The notes below the pieces were generated by a model, which had not been told where the DNA came from, did no database searches, and saw nothing but the letters and a program-made list of their open reading frames with translations. From the NCBI GenBank assembly GCA_008632985.1, contig QPGO01000033.1, positions 124,001 through 188,000 on the forward strand: a DNA stretch of 64,000 bases, read 5' to 3'. The DNA is from Psammoneis japonica (Eukaryota). Each line of letters starts with the position of its first letter. Position 1 is the stretch's first letter. This document shows, in pieces, positions 38,066 to 50,513 of this stretch. Both the position numbers and the translations under genes were made by a program.

Positions 38066-39588
38066 GATGCCCATTTGACTGTCAGGCCACCTTGAAAGTG
38101 GGGGGCAAGGACAGACCACTTCTCCGGAGCCTCGCGCACACATTTCTTGGGCCAACCAACGACCTTGGAGATGCAAGCCTCAGAAGACCCAACTGCATTC
38201 TCTGAGGCCATCCCCTCAGAGCTCATCAGTGTGGCCACCCAAGGGCTCACAGGAGCAAGGCAGCATTCTTTTGCTGAGCACTGGTGCTGGTGGCTTGTGT
38301 GGCAGCTTTGGAGATCCCTCTGCTTGCACTGTGGCAATGGTGCTGAGGGCTGAGTGCTGCCAGCAGCCATGGTGCATTCAACTGTTTTCTTCCATTGAAG
38401 AGAAAAGTTCCCACACTGTCCTTTGGATGTGAGTTTGAGATCTGTCAGTGCCAGACTTGGCATTGCATTGATGGGTTTAGTGGGCTGTGTCTTTTTGCCA
38501 CTTTGTGTCAGGAGGTTGTGCATTGCACAGCAAGTTTTCTGGTGATTTGGTGGGAGCAGGGTGTTGGAATTTGCATGGAGGAGCTGCATTGATGTGCAAG
38601 GTGCTGGTTTTGTTGATGTGTTTGACTTGGGTGTTGTCTGCTGTTTGAGGCAGAACATGAGCAGATGGTCTGAGACAGGTGTGCCATGGTCTGGGTGTGT
38701 GATGGCACACACTGGCGGTGGCCACATTTGGCTGGTCACATTTCAAGGAGAGATCATTGTTTGCAAGGTGGCCCACTTGGGGGGGGGGGGGGCATGCATG
38801 CCTTTTTTGATTCTGACATGCACCCAGCCATTTTGTGGGCAAGTTTGCATGACAGTTTCTTTGATCAATCCATGTGCAAGTGAGGGTTCAGTCAACTTTG
38901 GATTTTGGAACAGATTTGACAGCATCCTCTGTGCCTTTGATGTGGTTGCTGACACCTTGGGATGCACTGCAAATTTTCTCAGCAGAGAACCCTGCTTTTG
39001 GGTTTGGCGAGTGGTTCATCACAATTTGTGGATGCTCAAGTGCTGGGGTCAACAACAGCTCCTGCCCACGGTGAGTCAGAGACAGTGTGTTGTGTTGTTG
39101 ACTCAACTCAACACAACGATTGCTGGTTGGCACCAGTGCCCTTTACAGACTTTGGCCCCTGATGGACCCAACCGGCTGGGGTGCAGAACTCCTTGGAGAA
39201 AAGTTCCAGACCGGCATCTAAGAAACAGAAATGGAAAAAGAATGTTTTGCGATCGTGCTCAACCCGAAGTTGAGGAGCAACACCGTCAGTTGTCCAGTTC
39301 GTCGGATGACAACAGGTCCCTGGCACAGGTTGCTTCATTGTCGCCGGTGAAGCCGTCGGTTTTCCAGTCATGTCAAGCAGGTCCCCGGCACAGCTGATGA
39401 AAAAAGAGAGAGTCGCCAATCTACCACGATTGTCAGGAGTCAGAATGCTCCTGTGCTTGTGCCTCAACCTCCTGGTCCTGAGATGCACAACGACGTTTGG
39501 TTGGAGGTCTTACATTGTCGTCGTGATTGTTTGTCAGATCGAATTCCCGAATTCTGGGTTGACTGCATGCCCATCTGCGCAGCGCCGC

Positions 39589-42500
39589 TCATTCGTCCTG
39601 GAGTTGCACACCAACCCCAAGCTTGCGAGACAGACGTTCTTGGGCTGCCACGATGTTTGCCAGCCAAGAGCGTTTGAAAGAGGTTGACTTCGAGAGCAGC
39701 GAGACAACGTGACTGCAGAAATGACAAGCGAGTTCCCCTGGGAGACCTTCTTGGCCCCGCTGAAAATGGTGGCGAATCCACGAGTCTAGCTCGTCTCTGG
39801 CTTGCTCGCTGATTTGAGGGTGGGCGGCGGCGTTCCCATGTTCCCACAGCCGATGCGTTGTCCCGACAAGCTGGTGAACCCATCTTCTGACCCATTTGGA
39901 TCCCGATTTTCTAGAGCCTTGGAGCCAGAAATGCTCCTGTTGCAGCAGAGCCCACTCCTTCACTGCACAGCCCTCCAGAAGTCTGTCCCAGCCGATGACA
40001 CATTGCGACTCAACCGCCTGACGAAGGATTGGGCTTGCGCAAGGGTCGATGCGGACATTGACATTTTGCTGGCTACACCAGGCAGTGAGGTGTTCCTGAA
40101 TGGTGCTCGCTAAGCCAAACGCCGCATCGTTGCGATCCACCCAGCGGATGTGTTTGCGCAAGAGCGACCTCCACTTGTCCGTGGCCTCTGGGCAAGCAGT
40201 GACGTGCGTAGTGTCTTCATTGTCGGCGTCGCACCGGGGGCATCGCGAATGATCCTGAGCCTTCCAGCGTTTCAGCCATTTGCCTGCTCTGCACATTCCC
40301 ACCGCGTGTTTGGCCATCCACCATCGTTTGCCGATGCCAAGACTCCTGGCGACAGTCTGAATGACATCCCAATCGATCCTGTGAAAGCCCTCGTCCGTGA
40401 AGCGTCTTTTTTGTTCGATCCAGCATTTTGCCAGCCGTGTGCCGTGAACGTGGTGATGCAGTCGATCAGAAAGCTTTGTCAAGATCTTGTGTCCTCCAAC
40501 GAAGACACCCCACATTTCGTCTTTGATGTCAAACTGTCATGGCTGCCTTTCCTGGGGGTCTAGTCTGGCCTCATGTTGCCATCGAGCTTTAGCTGGGTTG
40601 TCCATCTCAATGTTCAGTCTTGCCCATCTGTCGAGTCTTCTGCATCGTAGAGTGTCTTGATGTCCTTTGACCCACCGGAATTTCCACCGCAGTGGGCTCT
40701 TGGTGATTTTAGCCTTGACAGCACTTAAAATGTCGAAGTCGTTGGACCGAGCTGTGACGGGAAGAGTGGGGTCCGACAATTTTCGTAGAGCTTGTTTGCC
40801 GTCACAGGCAATTTCAATTGCTCCTTGATGAACGTCATGATGCAGACAAATGTCTTCAACTGTGCAAACAATGCCGTGGAGACCCGCTGTCTCCGCTCGG
40901 TGGGAATTCGCATCACCAGGGTGACCTGGCACAACGTTGGCACCCGTCACTGGGTGGGTGTCTCATTTGCCTTGGACAGTGAATGCCGATGTTGCAAGAT
41001 TGTCTTTAGCCAACCCGTCACTGACAGCAATGGCTGCTCCTGATTTGATGGCGTTGGCAACATGCAATCCGTCGTCGTCGACCGAGACTTTGTTGTTTGC
41101 CCATTGTCTGGCTGGAGGTCGTTGGCGGAGCCGTTGGAGAAGATTGATTGGGGCTGGGGCGTCTTGACTGAGTCTCGTGCCGGTGGACCCCGAGCGACAC
41201 ATTCCCCATCTGTCCTTGCCTTTGCGGTGAACACGGGTGCGTTGACTGTCGTCGGGCATTGCAGCCGGTCCAGCCGGAATAAATCTGTGATGATGGTTTC
41301 TCATTTGCCTGCTGCTCAACAACCTGAATGAAGTCCATTGGTTGTTCTGACCTCTTTGACACAGTCGTTGTTCAGATGGAGAGTGGAGCCAATGCCAGCA
41401 GGAATCATTGTCTCTAGTGTCGGGAAGCCAGGCGCCCAAGGGACGGCGCAGTTGCCTTGAATGGACATTGGTGGCCTGTGCAAAGCAGTGCCTTAGAGCC
41501 TTGCGCCACATCGTCCAATCGGCAGCCTTCAGGCATTGCTGCGGGGGCCAATTGCGCTGGGACCGAAAGAAGACATCCTTCTTTCCATTCCACATGTCAC
41601 ACAGAATGTCGCATCCATCACCAGTTGAGATGTCAGCAAGTGTCACGACATTCAGGAAGACACGGCAACGATTGAGGGCCTGCAGCTTAGCTCCGACAAA
41701 GCCGTCATCTGCAAATCTTTCCATGAGAAAGGCGTCATTCTCACGTGAGAGTCTCAGCAACGGTGCATCTTCGTTGACTCTGATGTCGTGGCTCGACAAG
41801 AATTTCCAAAGATGTTTGACCCATGATTGGGTGGCCAGGCGCTGCCGATTCCAACTTCCAGCTTGTGTTTCTCCACAAGTGCTTGGAGAAGTTGACCCGT
41901 GATCATGTCAGCTTTGCCGTGTTTGACAAAGGCCTCGACATGTTTCCTGTGCATGGTGGAAGCAATCGATTCAAATCCGAGGCCCTGCAGTTGGATGGGA
42001 CCATGCACAACTGCGCGGGGAAAGGACTTGCACAAACCTGATCTCGGAAGGCCTTGCTTGAGCAGCGGTGCTTCGATGCATTTGCATTCTTTTGACGACA
42101 GGGTCAGGGCGAGAAGAGGACAGTCGAGGGCCTTGCGGACTCATTGAGTCAGAGCCAGCCACGCATCAGCCTTGGAAAGATGACCTGATCGAGCCCAATC
42201 TGCCCAACCTTCAGCATGCTTCCGGAGTTCTTCCACTGCCTTCCTGCAGTTTCCGTCAGGGGCCAGCCACACTCCTGGAGTTTTCTTGGTGATGGAGGGC
42301 GAGAGCCGTTCGATCGGATGTCTAGTTCCTTCTGCATCCTCTGCGCACATCTGTGGGTCATCCTGGTTGTCAGGATCACTGTCTTCGTGAACGCACTCCC
42401 ATCTGCCATTCACCATTTAAATTCGATCAGGTGCCACCAACATTTGTCCGGACGAGTGTCGCCTCCCGCAACTCTCATGCCGCCTGCAAAACGGTCCAGT

Positions 42501-45330
42501 CCTCTCTGGGCTTCTTGGACAACTTCCCACCCCGGTTGCAGCGGATCTGTGGCTGTGTGAATGATGTCACTGTCATCGACGAATGCAAACCCCACTGTTT
42601 GAAGTTCCTTGTTCGAGATGGCCAGACGGAAGGCTGCCCCGTGACCCGCAGTCCTCATCATTTCAAGAACGGGAGCACTGACTGCCGCCCAAATCTGGGG
42701 GGCATTGCCGTCACCTTGACCGAGTCCTTGTGGAGGCTTGCAATCTGATTCAAAGTTGTCGGGGTCAAATGCGATTGCAAAGAGGTCGCCACCGAATGAT
42801 TGCTCGGATTGACCATAAATTGTTTTTACAGTGTGCTCCATCTGCTGAAGAGCAGTGAATTCGCAGACAATTGGTGGTTCTGGAGCTCCTTTGCTTTGCA
42901 TTGCCAGTGTGGCGCACGAGTGGACGACAAGGTCGTAGCACGAACGCAAGTCCACAGCGGTGTCCACAGCGTTGATTCTGTCCACTCGAATGAGGTCAAA
43001 AATCAGTTGTTTGTTCAGAGCTTGTTCTTCCGCTGAGTGACCCTTCCTGCTGCCGCACTGCTCCCGGGCGATCCATTGCCTGGGTTCAGCTTTCCTCATC
43101 ATTTGTTGTCCAAGGATTTTGTTGTTGTTGTTTGCATCCACTTCAAAGCACAGAATGGGCCGCAGAGCATCCACGCATTCTTGTCCTGTTTTCTTTGGGA
43201 TCAGAAGGTCCATGCCTTGTTGCCATCGCTTTGGAGAGCAGCCTGAGATGTGGGGAAAGTTTGCCTGGAGGCATCAAGTTGGGTGAGGGTGTCGTCAAAA
43301 CGAGCAGCTTTGAAATGGGCGGTGTACAACCCCGAGGGACCAGCGCAGATTTTTTCCTTCGCTCTCTTCCAAGACTCCGTGTGTTCTTCTGTGGAGATCC
43401 ACGGTTTTGCATCCACAGAGCTGTCAGGCGGGTGCCGCAGATGCAGAAGGTGTTCTCGTGCATGTTGAGTCGCACCCGGTGGGAATTCATACGACCCGTC
43501 TAGAATGGCATCTGCATGGGGCCCAACTCCGAGAAATTGGACGTCGTTGATGAGCGGCTCCTGCATGAGGGCGGTCCGGTGAGTTTGATGCAGTCTTAAC
43601 TCACAGTCTTGGAGGGCGAGAGTTTCCATTTCCTCTTTGTCCGTGACCTCTCGATCGGAGCCGTCTGCTTGTTTCTCGAGGAGACGTGTGAGTGGAGATC
43701 GGAGAGGTTTGCCGGAGATCCGATTGACTCTGCAATTCTGCTCCCTGCTCTCTTCGCGGTTGATGAGCACCCGCAGTTGTGTTTTGGCGTTGGAGTTGTT
43801 GGCTTTGGCCAGCTGTTCCGCTTGCTTCTCTAGAAACTTACGTCAATGATCAGGAGCATCTTTGGCGATTGCTCGACACTCTTTGCAGCGCAGCGATGAA
43901 CCTGCCTCCAACTGTTCGAGAGTGAGGGTGTGCACGTTGAAGTCTTTTGCTTTCCTTTCCAGACGACGTATTTTCCCAGAGCTGATCGTGAGGCGTTTCC
44001 GTCGGCGAATCAGGGCTTGATGCAACTCGATTCGCTTGGACGCTCGTTTGAGCTTGGGGGACCAGGATTTGCCTCCCATGCGAAGCTTTCTGCATTTTTT
44101 GTCGGCGAGCCATGTGCCTTGAACTCGCAATTCATCAATTCTTTCCCATTCATCAGTGAGGTTGGGATGCGGGGGGCAAGCAGCTTGCTTTTCGTTTTGA
44201 ACACTCCTGTTGGGAAGATTGTGTGTCAGTGCACGGCGTTTACGAATTTTGTTGAATCTGCCAACAGTGACTGGATTGTCAAGTTTAAGTCTCCAAGTGG
44301 GGTGCCTTTCGAGTTCAGGGGGAAGCGCACCAAAAGCGGTCTGAAACGAGACATCGATCCAAGCCATTCGGTGGTCGGATCCTGTGATTCTATCTCCAAA
44401 AGGCAAGAACCCGCCCTGTTCGATTGTCGTGCCTGCAGTGGCCCAGATGCCGTCAAATGGAAGGGAGCCAGGGTTCCGTGTTGCTGGAAGTGAGTCTTCT
44501 CCGCAGCGCTCTGTCAGCAAATTTCTGAGTTGCACAGCTGAGAAGGCGTCTTTGATCTCGGCAGACCGAATGTCTTTGTTCACGTCACCTGACAGAATGA
44601 TTTGATCTCCGTCCGCAAGCCACTTGATGACCTCCTCAGTCAGGTCCTCGATCCAGGCTGCTCGGGGACATCTGTCGTCGTCATGTTCATTGAGATGCCT
44701 TTTGTGCTGGGAGCAAACTGTCCTGGCGCCTTTGCAACTTGCACAGGGCCGGTGCGCTGTGACAATGTGAAGAGTCGCGCCTGCTTTGCCATGGAATCGG
44801 AGCCAAGACCACCTTCCCAAACCAGACGAATCTGTGCCTCTTGCAATCACTCTGTGTCCCGCTTGATTGATTGCCATCAGCATTGTGCCACCTGGCTGGC
44901 AGAAAGAGGAATGTAAGTCGTGAACGTTGCAGGCGGCCAAGATGGACAGAGGATGTTCCCAGTGCCCTCGGAATCTTTCCCTCGGTCGCTCGGAATGTGG
45001 GACGGTTTTCCAACACCTTCCAGTTTCGTTCATGCATGACACATTGATGCATTTTTCTTGGACTGTGCGGTGCACACTTTGGTTTTTTTGATCTTTGTCA
45101 TCCAAGGGAAGGCCGCTGATGTTCTGAAATGCAATCCGCAGGGTGGTCTCAGGTTTTTCATTGGTGCAAGCAGCATCATGTGTCTTGTTGTTTGATGGTT
45201 GTGTGGTGGACTCGTTGCTCGTGCTCTCTTGTTCGACATCGAGTTTTCTTTTTCTATTTCTGTTGCGGCGGCTGCCTCTCTTCGTCAAAGGACCACGTGG
45301 CCGCCCACCGTGATCCTTCTCTTCATGCAC
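39589..45330 (-). pseudogene. LINE ORF2 (endonuclease - reverse transcriptase - RNase H), frameshifted
   Basis: Pieces 43843-45330, 43201-43770, 42410-43213, 40963-41799, 40537-40950, 39589-40515. Confidence 0.9.
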
Positions 45331-48300
45331 TGCTCGGACTCACCGGCTTGGTCCCACACCAAGCCGGCTTGAACAATCTGAGTGTCGCCCTGGAAGGGAT
45401 CCGACTCCCCTCCCCGCATCGCTGCAGTGGCTTCACTGGAGACGCTTTGCGAGGTCTCCATGTCATCGTTGTGTCCGTCGCTCTGTTCACCAAGAACAGA
45501 TCCTGTGTCGACAGATTGGGCAATCTTCTCCTTTCCTTTGAGGAGGGCAGATTTGACCAGCCCAACAATGTCCGCTGGAGTCATGTTTTTTGCATCGACA
45601 TTGTCGGGGAGATGGACTGCCAGGTCCTGAATCTCACCAGTGATGTTGGCCATTTTCTGTTTTGCAGTCTCCGTGGTTCCCGAGGTCTCGTTAGATTGGT
45701 GGGATCCATCGTCGGAAGATTTCTTGTCTGTCAGTGGTTGCTTGGTTGGATCGACATGAGCATTTTTTCCTTTCCCAGCTTCTCGAGCCGAGGCCAGTGT
45801 GTCTTCGTCAAGGCCACCTCGTCCGAGCATTGCTGGGTCGACAGGTTCTGGAGCGGGAGGGGTGTTTTCAATTGGTGAGTTGTCACGCGTTACCTCAACT
45901 TGGATGTCTTCCAGATTCTCAAAGTCATGGTCGTCATTGTCCAGCTCCTCCGCCAAAGCTTGGGTGCGTGGGTGAGTGGTTGCATGCTTTTCTTCGTCCC
46001 ATCCAGCTCCTTCCACATCCTGCACATGGGAGGCAGTAAAGAACCTTTCAACACCATGTCCGCATCGATGCTGCAGGTGCAGAAGCAGGGAGTGAGCCAT
46101 GGGAATGGCCTCGGACTCCACCTGTGGATGACACATCACCGCAGCGGTTCCTCCTTTGCACTGAGGAAGCGCTCCTACCTCCATGAACTGAGCAGATTTC
46201 GGTTTGTTTGGTCTTTTGATCATTGCGATCATCTGCCGAAGAGTGAGTTTTGCAGCTGGATCAGGTGCGTTGAGAGCTTGAACATTGTGGAGAGGAGCAA
46301 TTTTTGCGTGTTTCAGGTGGGCTTGCTGCCGGATGACTGCCGTGTCCACAAGATCAGTCTCGGTTGGGCTGATGCAAAAGGAGCATTCGGGAACAAGCTT
46401 GGCGATGGTTCCGAGCGGTTTGTTGGGGTTCAATTTGGAGAACATTGCTTGGAGAGGACCTCTGGCATTGTCTGCATCTCGTTCGTTCATGATGATGTGT
46501 AGAGCCTTGGGTTGTGGGTGTGCGGCCATTGCGTCTGACGGTTTAGAGACTTTCCAAGCACGAAGCTCAACTGGCACCTTAAGACGAGAGCTGGTTTCCT
46601 TTTCGAGCTGAGTCGGGTCGAGATCGGCGTGAGCCCACATGAGGATGAAGCCTCCTTTGGTTCTTTCTGCCTTTTGAAGGACCTTGGGTTTGAGGAAGAC
46701 TTTGAATGCGTCATTGAGTGTGTTTTTAAGGATCTCCTGATTCTCATTGGGGTGTTGGTCCATTCCGAGTCGGAGGTCGATCCAATTGTCTTTCTCCAGA
46801 TTGAGACGAACACGTTGGAGATGCTGGCACATCTGTCCGAATGGGAGCTTGGAGAACTGCTTCCGAAAGGTTCCGCCCTTGAGAGCAATGGCCTTGTTGC
46901 CGCAGTCTCCCGACCACGTTGCCACTGCAACATTGTTGCCGGTGAGATTGCACGCTCTGTCCATGACCTTGCCAAAAAAATTTTCCAATTGAGACTTCTG
47001 GATTTTCATCCTTTGGGAGATTGGATTGTGCAGGGAGTTTGAGAGTGCAGCGACATCAAAATTTTCGGATGGTTTTGTTTGATTTTGAGTTGATTGGGTT
47101 GAAGAAGGCCAATGCTTTGATGACTTCATTTGGTTCTTCTGCAGGTGCCGTCTCCATTGATTGCAATTCATTGTGGAGGTCGTTGTTTTCTGGTCCTTTC
47201 TTGACTCGTTTGTTGGGTTTCTGAGTTGTTTTGGTTTTCCCTTTGTTGTCGGGAGTGATTTGCTTGGTCGGTTGTCCTGAGCCGGCCTCATTCGCAGAAG
47301 TGGAGATGGCCTTGGCCGTTTTCGTGGCTGCCGCGTCAGGGGCTCGAAGGGTGTTTTTTTTGTTCTTGTCAGTCGTCTGAGTTTGTTTCTGGTTGGGTTT
47401 GGTGCCTTCCGAAGTGACCTTGGATTGTGCCACCTTGAGGCTTGACAACAGTGTGGTCGATTTCTGTTTGTTTTCAGCTGTTTTTTTCTTGGTCGAGAGC
47501 GTCGTTCCTGTGAGTTGACGAGAAGTCTTTGAGGGGATTGTGGTTTTTGGATCGGTTGTTTTTGGCGTGATTTCTTCATCGGAGCTGGAGGTCTCGTCGT
47601 CAGATGATCCTGTGGTTTTGAAAGGCTTGGGAACCGGCGGCACAACACCAAGAACCACCACGTTGTCATCAGAGTCCTGGGGTGGATCGGAATGATGAAG
47701 GAACTCTCCGTCCTGTGGGGTTTCGCCACTGCTGACCAAACTAGAGTCAGAGGACAAGGAGGAGGATGATGAGGAGGATGAGGAATTTGTTCCTTCTTTC
47801 GAAAAGGAGGAGACACTCTCGCTGTCCTTGATCTTGGCCTGGAGTGCAGCGTGCCTGCGTGCTTCCTTTTTTCAATGCTTTGCAACACGCGCCTTTCATT
47901 GCTCTGATTGGAGAGATCATCTTGAAGGTCTTCATCAACTGGAGTGTTCTTGGTGAAATTGTTGACAAAATCCTCTTCAGAGTTGAGCGCAAAGTCGACT
48001 AGAGAGTCTTCGTCGCCGCCGCTTTGGAGAGGTTCATGCCTGTTTTTGTTGTGTTGATTGATCGAACGAGGGGAGTCAGTGGGAGCCGAGATCTCTTTGT
48101 TGGAATCGTTCATCGACACTTCCAGTTTCTCATTTTTTGCAGTGTTCTTGGGGGTCTTGCAGCCACTGTTGTCTTCTTTGAAATCCATCTGTTTCTGACC
48201 GATTTCAGCCGTTGCGCCAGGAGAACCGTTGGTCTCAAGAAATTTTTTGATTCCTTGCTGTTTCGGATGCATCCTTTTTTGCTTGCGCTTGTCGGGAGAA

Positions 48301-48380
48301 CTCACATCAGTTTGAGAGGTTACTTTCTTGCTGGGTGAGGAGGCACCCTTGTGTTTGGTGCCGTTTTGCTTGTTGGCCAT
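45285..48380 (-). pseudogene. LINE ORF1
   Basis: 1031-aa ORF upstream of the APE; low-complexity N-terminus; probable compensating frameshifts at ~47.05 and ~47.8 kb; contains no Tyr. Confidence 0.75.
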
Positions 48381-50204
48381 GGTTGATTTTTGTTGCTGGT
48401 TTGCGCAGGTGCCAGCACTGAGTTTGTGTGGACTTTCCGGGTTGCTTTAGACGCTGATGCATGCTGGAAAAGTGCATGTTGTGTTGTTGTTTAAAAAAAA
48501 ACAAGGTCAAGAGCCAAACTCTTTGTTGGTTGGCATTGTTTGCAAGCAGTTGGTGTGCAACAGCATGATTGGCTCTGGGCTTGCTGCACCAGCAGGAGCA
48601 TTTTAACTGCTGGCATTGTCAAGCAGATTTTTTCATGCTCCACCCTCAGAAGTGCAGCATTGAAAATTTTGGACAATTGTTTGATGGCACTCAGCAAAAG
48701 GGGTCTTCAGAGTTGGGCATTTTAGTTCATCAACCAGTTTGTGTTTGCTGCACATGCTGTGGCTGCTGCATTGCTTCAAGAGAAAGTCATGTCAGCTTTG
48801 TGAAAAAAAAATGACAGTGCCAGCAATTTGTTCTTTGTGTGCTTTTGGAATGAATGCTTTGTGGCATGGAAAGCTCCAGGGTCATGGGTCCCCAGTGCAC
48901 TGGTGCCTTTGATCCCATGATGTGGGGCCCATGTTCCTTGTTGTGTCAGCTGTTCTCATGGTCTGTGCACACCATTTGGTTCCCCGGCGGGGTGAGCGGC
49001 ACTTTGTTGCAGTTGCACAGGGGACAGAGCTGGGTGTGTGCTGACAATGCTGGAATGAGCCTGGAGCTTCTGATTGTGTTGAAAGTTTGTGCTGCTGGGG
49101 ATGTCAGGCAGTGGTGCAAAAGGTGCAGTGTGGGAAATTTTTGTTCGCAGAGCAAAGGCCAGCAACGAAGTGGTTGGCTTTTTGAGCGTTTGGACAGCTC
49201 ATCCTGTGGCACTGCATGGTGGAACAAGCTGGCACACAGCCTTGCTGTCAGTCAGGTGTTCTTCCTTGCTTGAGCTTTTTTCAGGGTGCTTCATTGTCAA
49301 GGCAGCAATGCAAAGTCATCTTGGCTTTTGAGTCCCTGGGTTTGTTTTGCAGAAAAGTGGCTGCAGCAGAGTGCTGTGCTTGGAACATTTTGCCACATGT
49401 GTGATTTTGATTGACTCAACTGGGATGGCATTGCTGCAACAATTGCCAATGACAAGAAGATGTTTGCAGCCTCAGCTGGATTGGGCAGGGAAGTGTCTGG
49501 TTGAGCATTGAGGGCAGCGCATTGAGGGCAGCGCAATGGATTCGATCATCGGCACAGTGTGGCCGTCATTGCAACAATCAACAATGTTGGGACAGAAATC
49601 ATGGCACCATCTTTGGGGTCTTGGTTTGGGTGGAAGTCTTTGGAGTCAATTGCAGTGGTGCACACATGCTCTGGAGGTTCTTCCACCATTTGTCTGGACA
49701 TGTGCTGACCATGTTTGACAAAATCATTGTGCACCCTCTGACACACACCACACAAAAAAATTGTTGCGCACCTTCAGACATGGGGGAGTTCTTTTGACCT
49801 TGCAGCAAATCTCTCTAAGCTGAGCAAGCTGCACCCTCTGGTTCTTGCAGTGCATGTGTGGGGCTTGTGGACAGTGAGAAAAGAGAGCAGTCAAAGGCAC
49901 AAACCTCTCAAGGTCGATGAGCACAAAAGGGTGTTTTTCCCAGTGCCTGCACTGGCGCTGCCACACTGCACAAGCAAAATCACTCCTGGCTGGATGTGGA
50001 GCTTGTTCTGCAGCACCACCTGGTGTGAGTTCAACCACTTCACTGCCATCTAGTAGCTAGAGTCCATGATCCTCTTGTTCTCCAGAGCAAACTGGGGGAC
50101 AAAATTGCTGCGCTGATCCTTGCTTGTTACAAAAGGCCGACAAACTGACACAGACAGCTGCCGCCGATACAAGAAAAAATATATGTAGCATTTATCCCTG
50201 CTTA

Positions 50205-50513
50205 TGCACACGAACCACCTGGTGGTCCGTGTGCATTTTGGTGCACACGACCACCTGTGTTCGTGTGCACCTACGCAAAATGCTGCGTAGATTTGTACCG
50301 AATTAAATCTGAATGCCTACATCTGCAGTAGGCTCTACGTGAAAACGCACTCGAAACAGTGTCCACCGAGCCGGCAGTCATGTGCCGGAACGTCGTGAAA
50401 AGTATTTTATGTCTGAGAAAGAGTTCGTCAGGGCCGGCGAACAACACCCTCTACGATGCGACTGGTATAAAATGTACGTAAATGCACAGGAACCAGCATG
50501 TGGTTCGTGTGCA
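50205..50513. repeat. Three copies of a ~30-bp imperfect palindrome plus two short hairpins
   Basis: TGCACA...CGTGTGCA at 50205-50235, 50241-50270, 50483-50513; CTACGCA..TGCGTAG at 50271-50290; GCCTAC..GTAGGC at 50315-50333. Confidence 0.75.

Larger units (their letters stand above)
39101..48476 (-). mobile_element. Full-length non-LTR retrotransposon, APE-RT-RNaseH type (Ambal-like)
   Basis: ORF1 plus ORF2 with APE (FQNISG, SGDVN, SDHR), RT (DLRSCYD, GLGQG, FVDD), RNase H (VSDG, RAE, CDG, WVKGHQD) and CPRC..EDTTH..C; flanked by TGTTGTGTTGTTG at 39088-39100 and 48477-48489. Confidence 0.9.
34430..50050. other. TpA-depleted hypermutated domain 2 (old unidentified decayed DNA at 34.4-39.1 and 48.5-50.05 kb with a nested LINE)
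   Basis: TA nearly absent throughout; CpG also scarce outside the LINE. Confidence 0.9.

Noticed and set aside
17874..48380. Alternative genetic code or RNA editing in the retroelements
   Set aside because: Changes occur on both strands, in non-coding repeats, differ between the two LTRs and extend into flanking host DNA.
13440..50050. The many overlapping Cys/His-rich ORFs as novel metal-binding proteins
   Set aside because: They are a by-product of TpA loss, which removes TAA/TAG stops and converts Tyr to Cys/His in all six frames.
13440..50050. Classical RIP or CpG deamination as the sole explanation
   Set aside because: Both are C->T and cannot turn TAY (Tyr) into TGY or CAY; RIP raises TpA; the LINE retains CpG.
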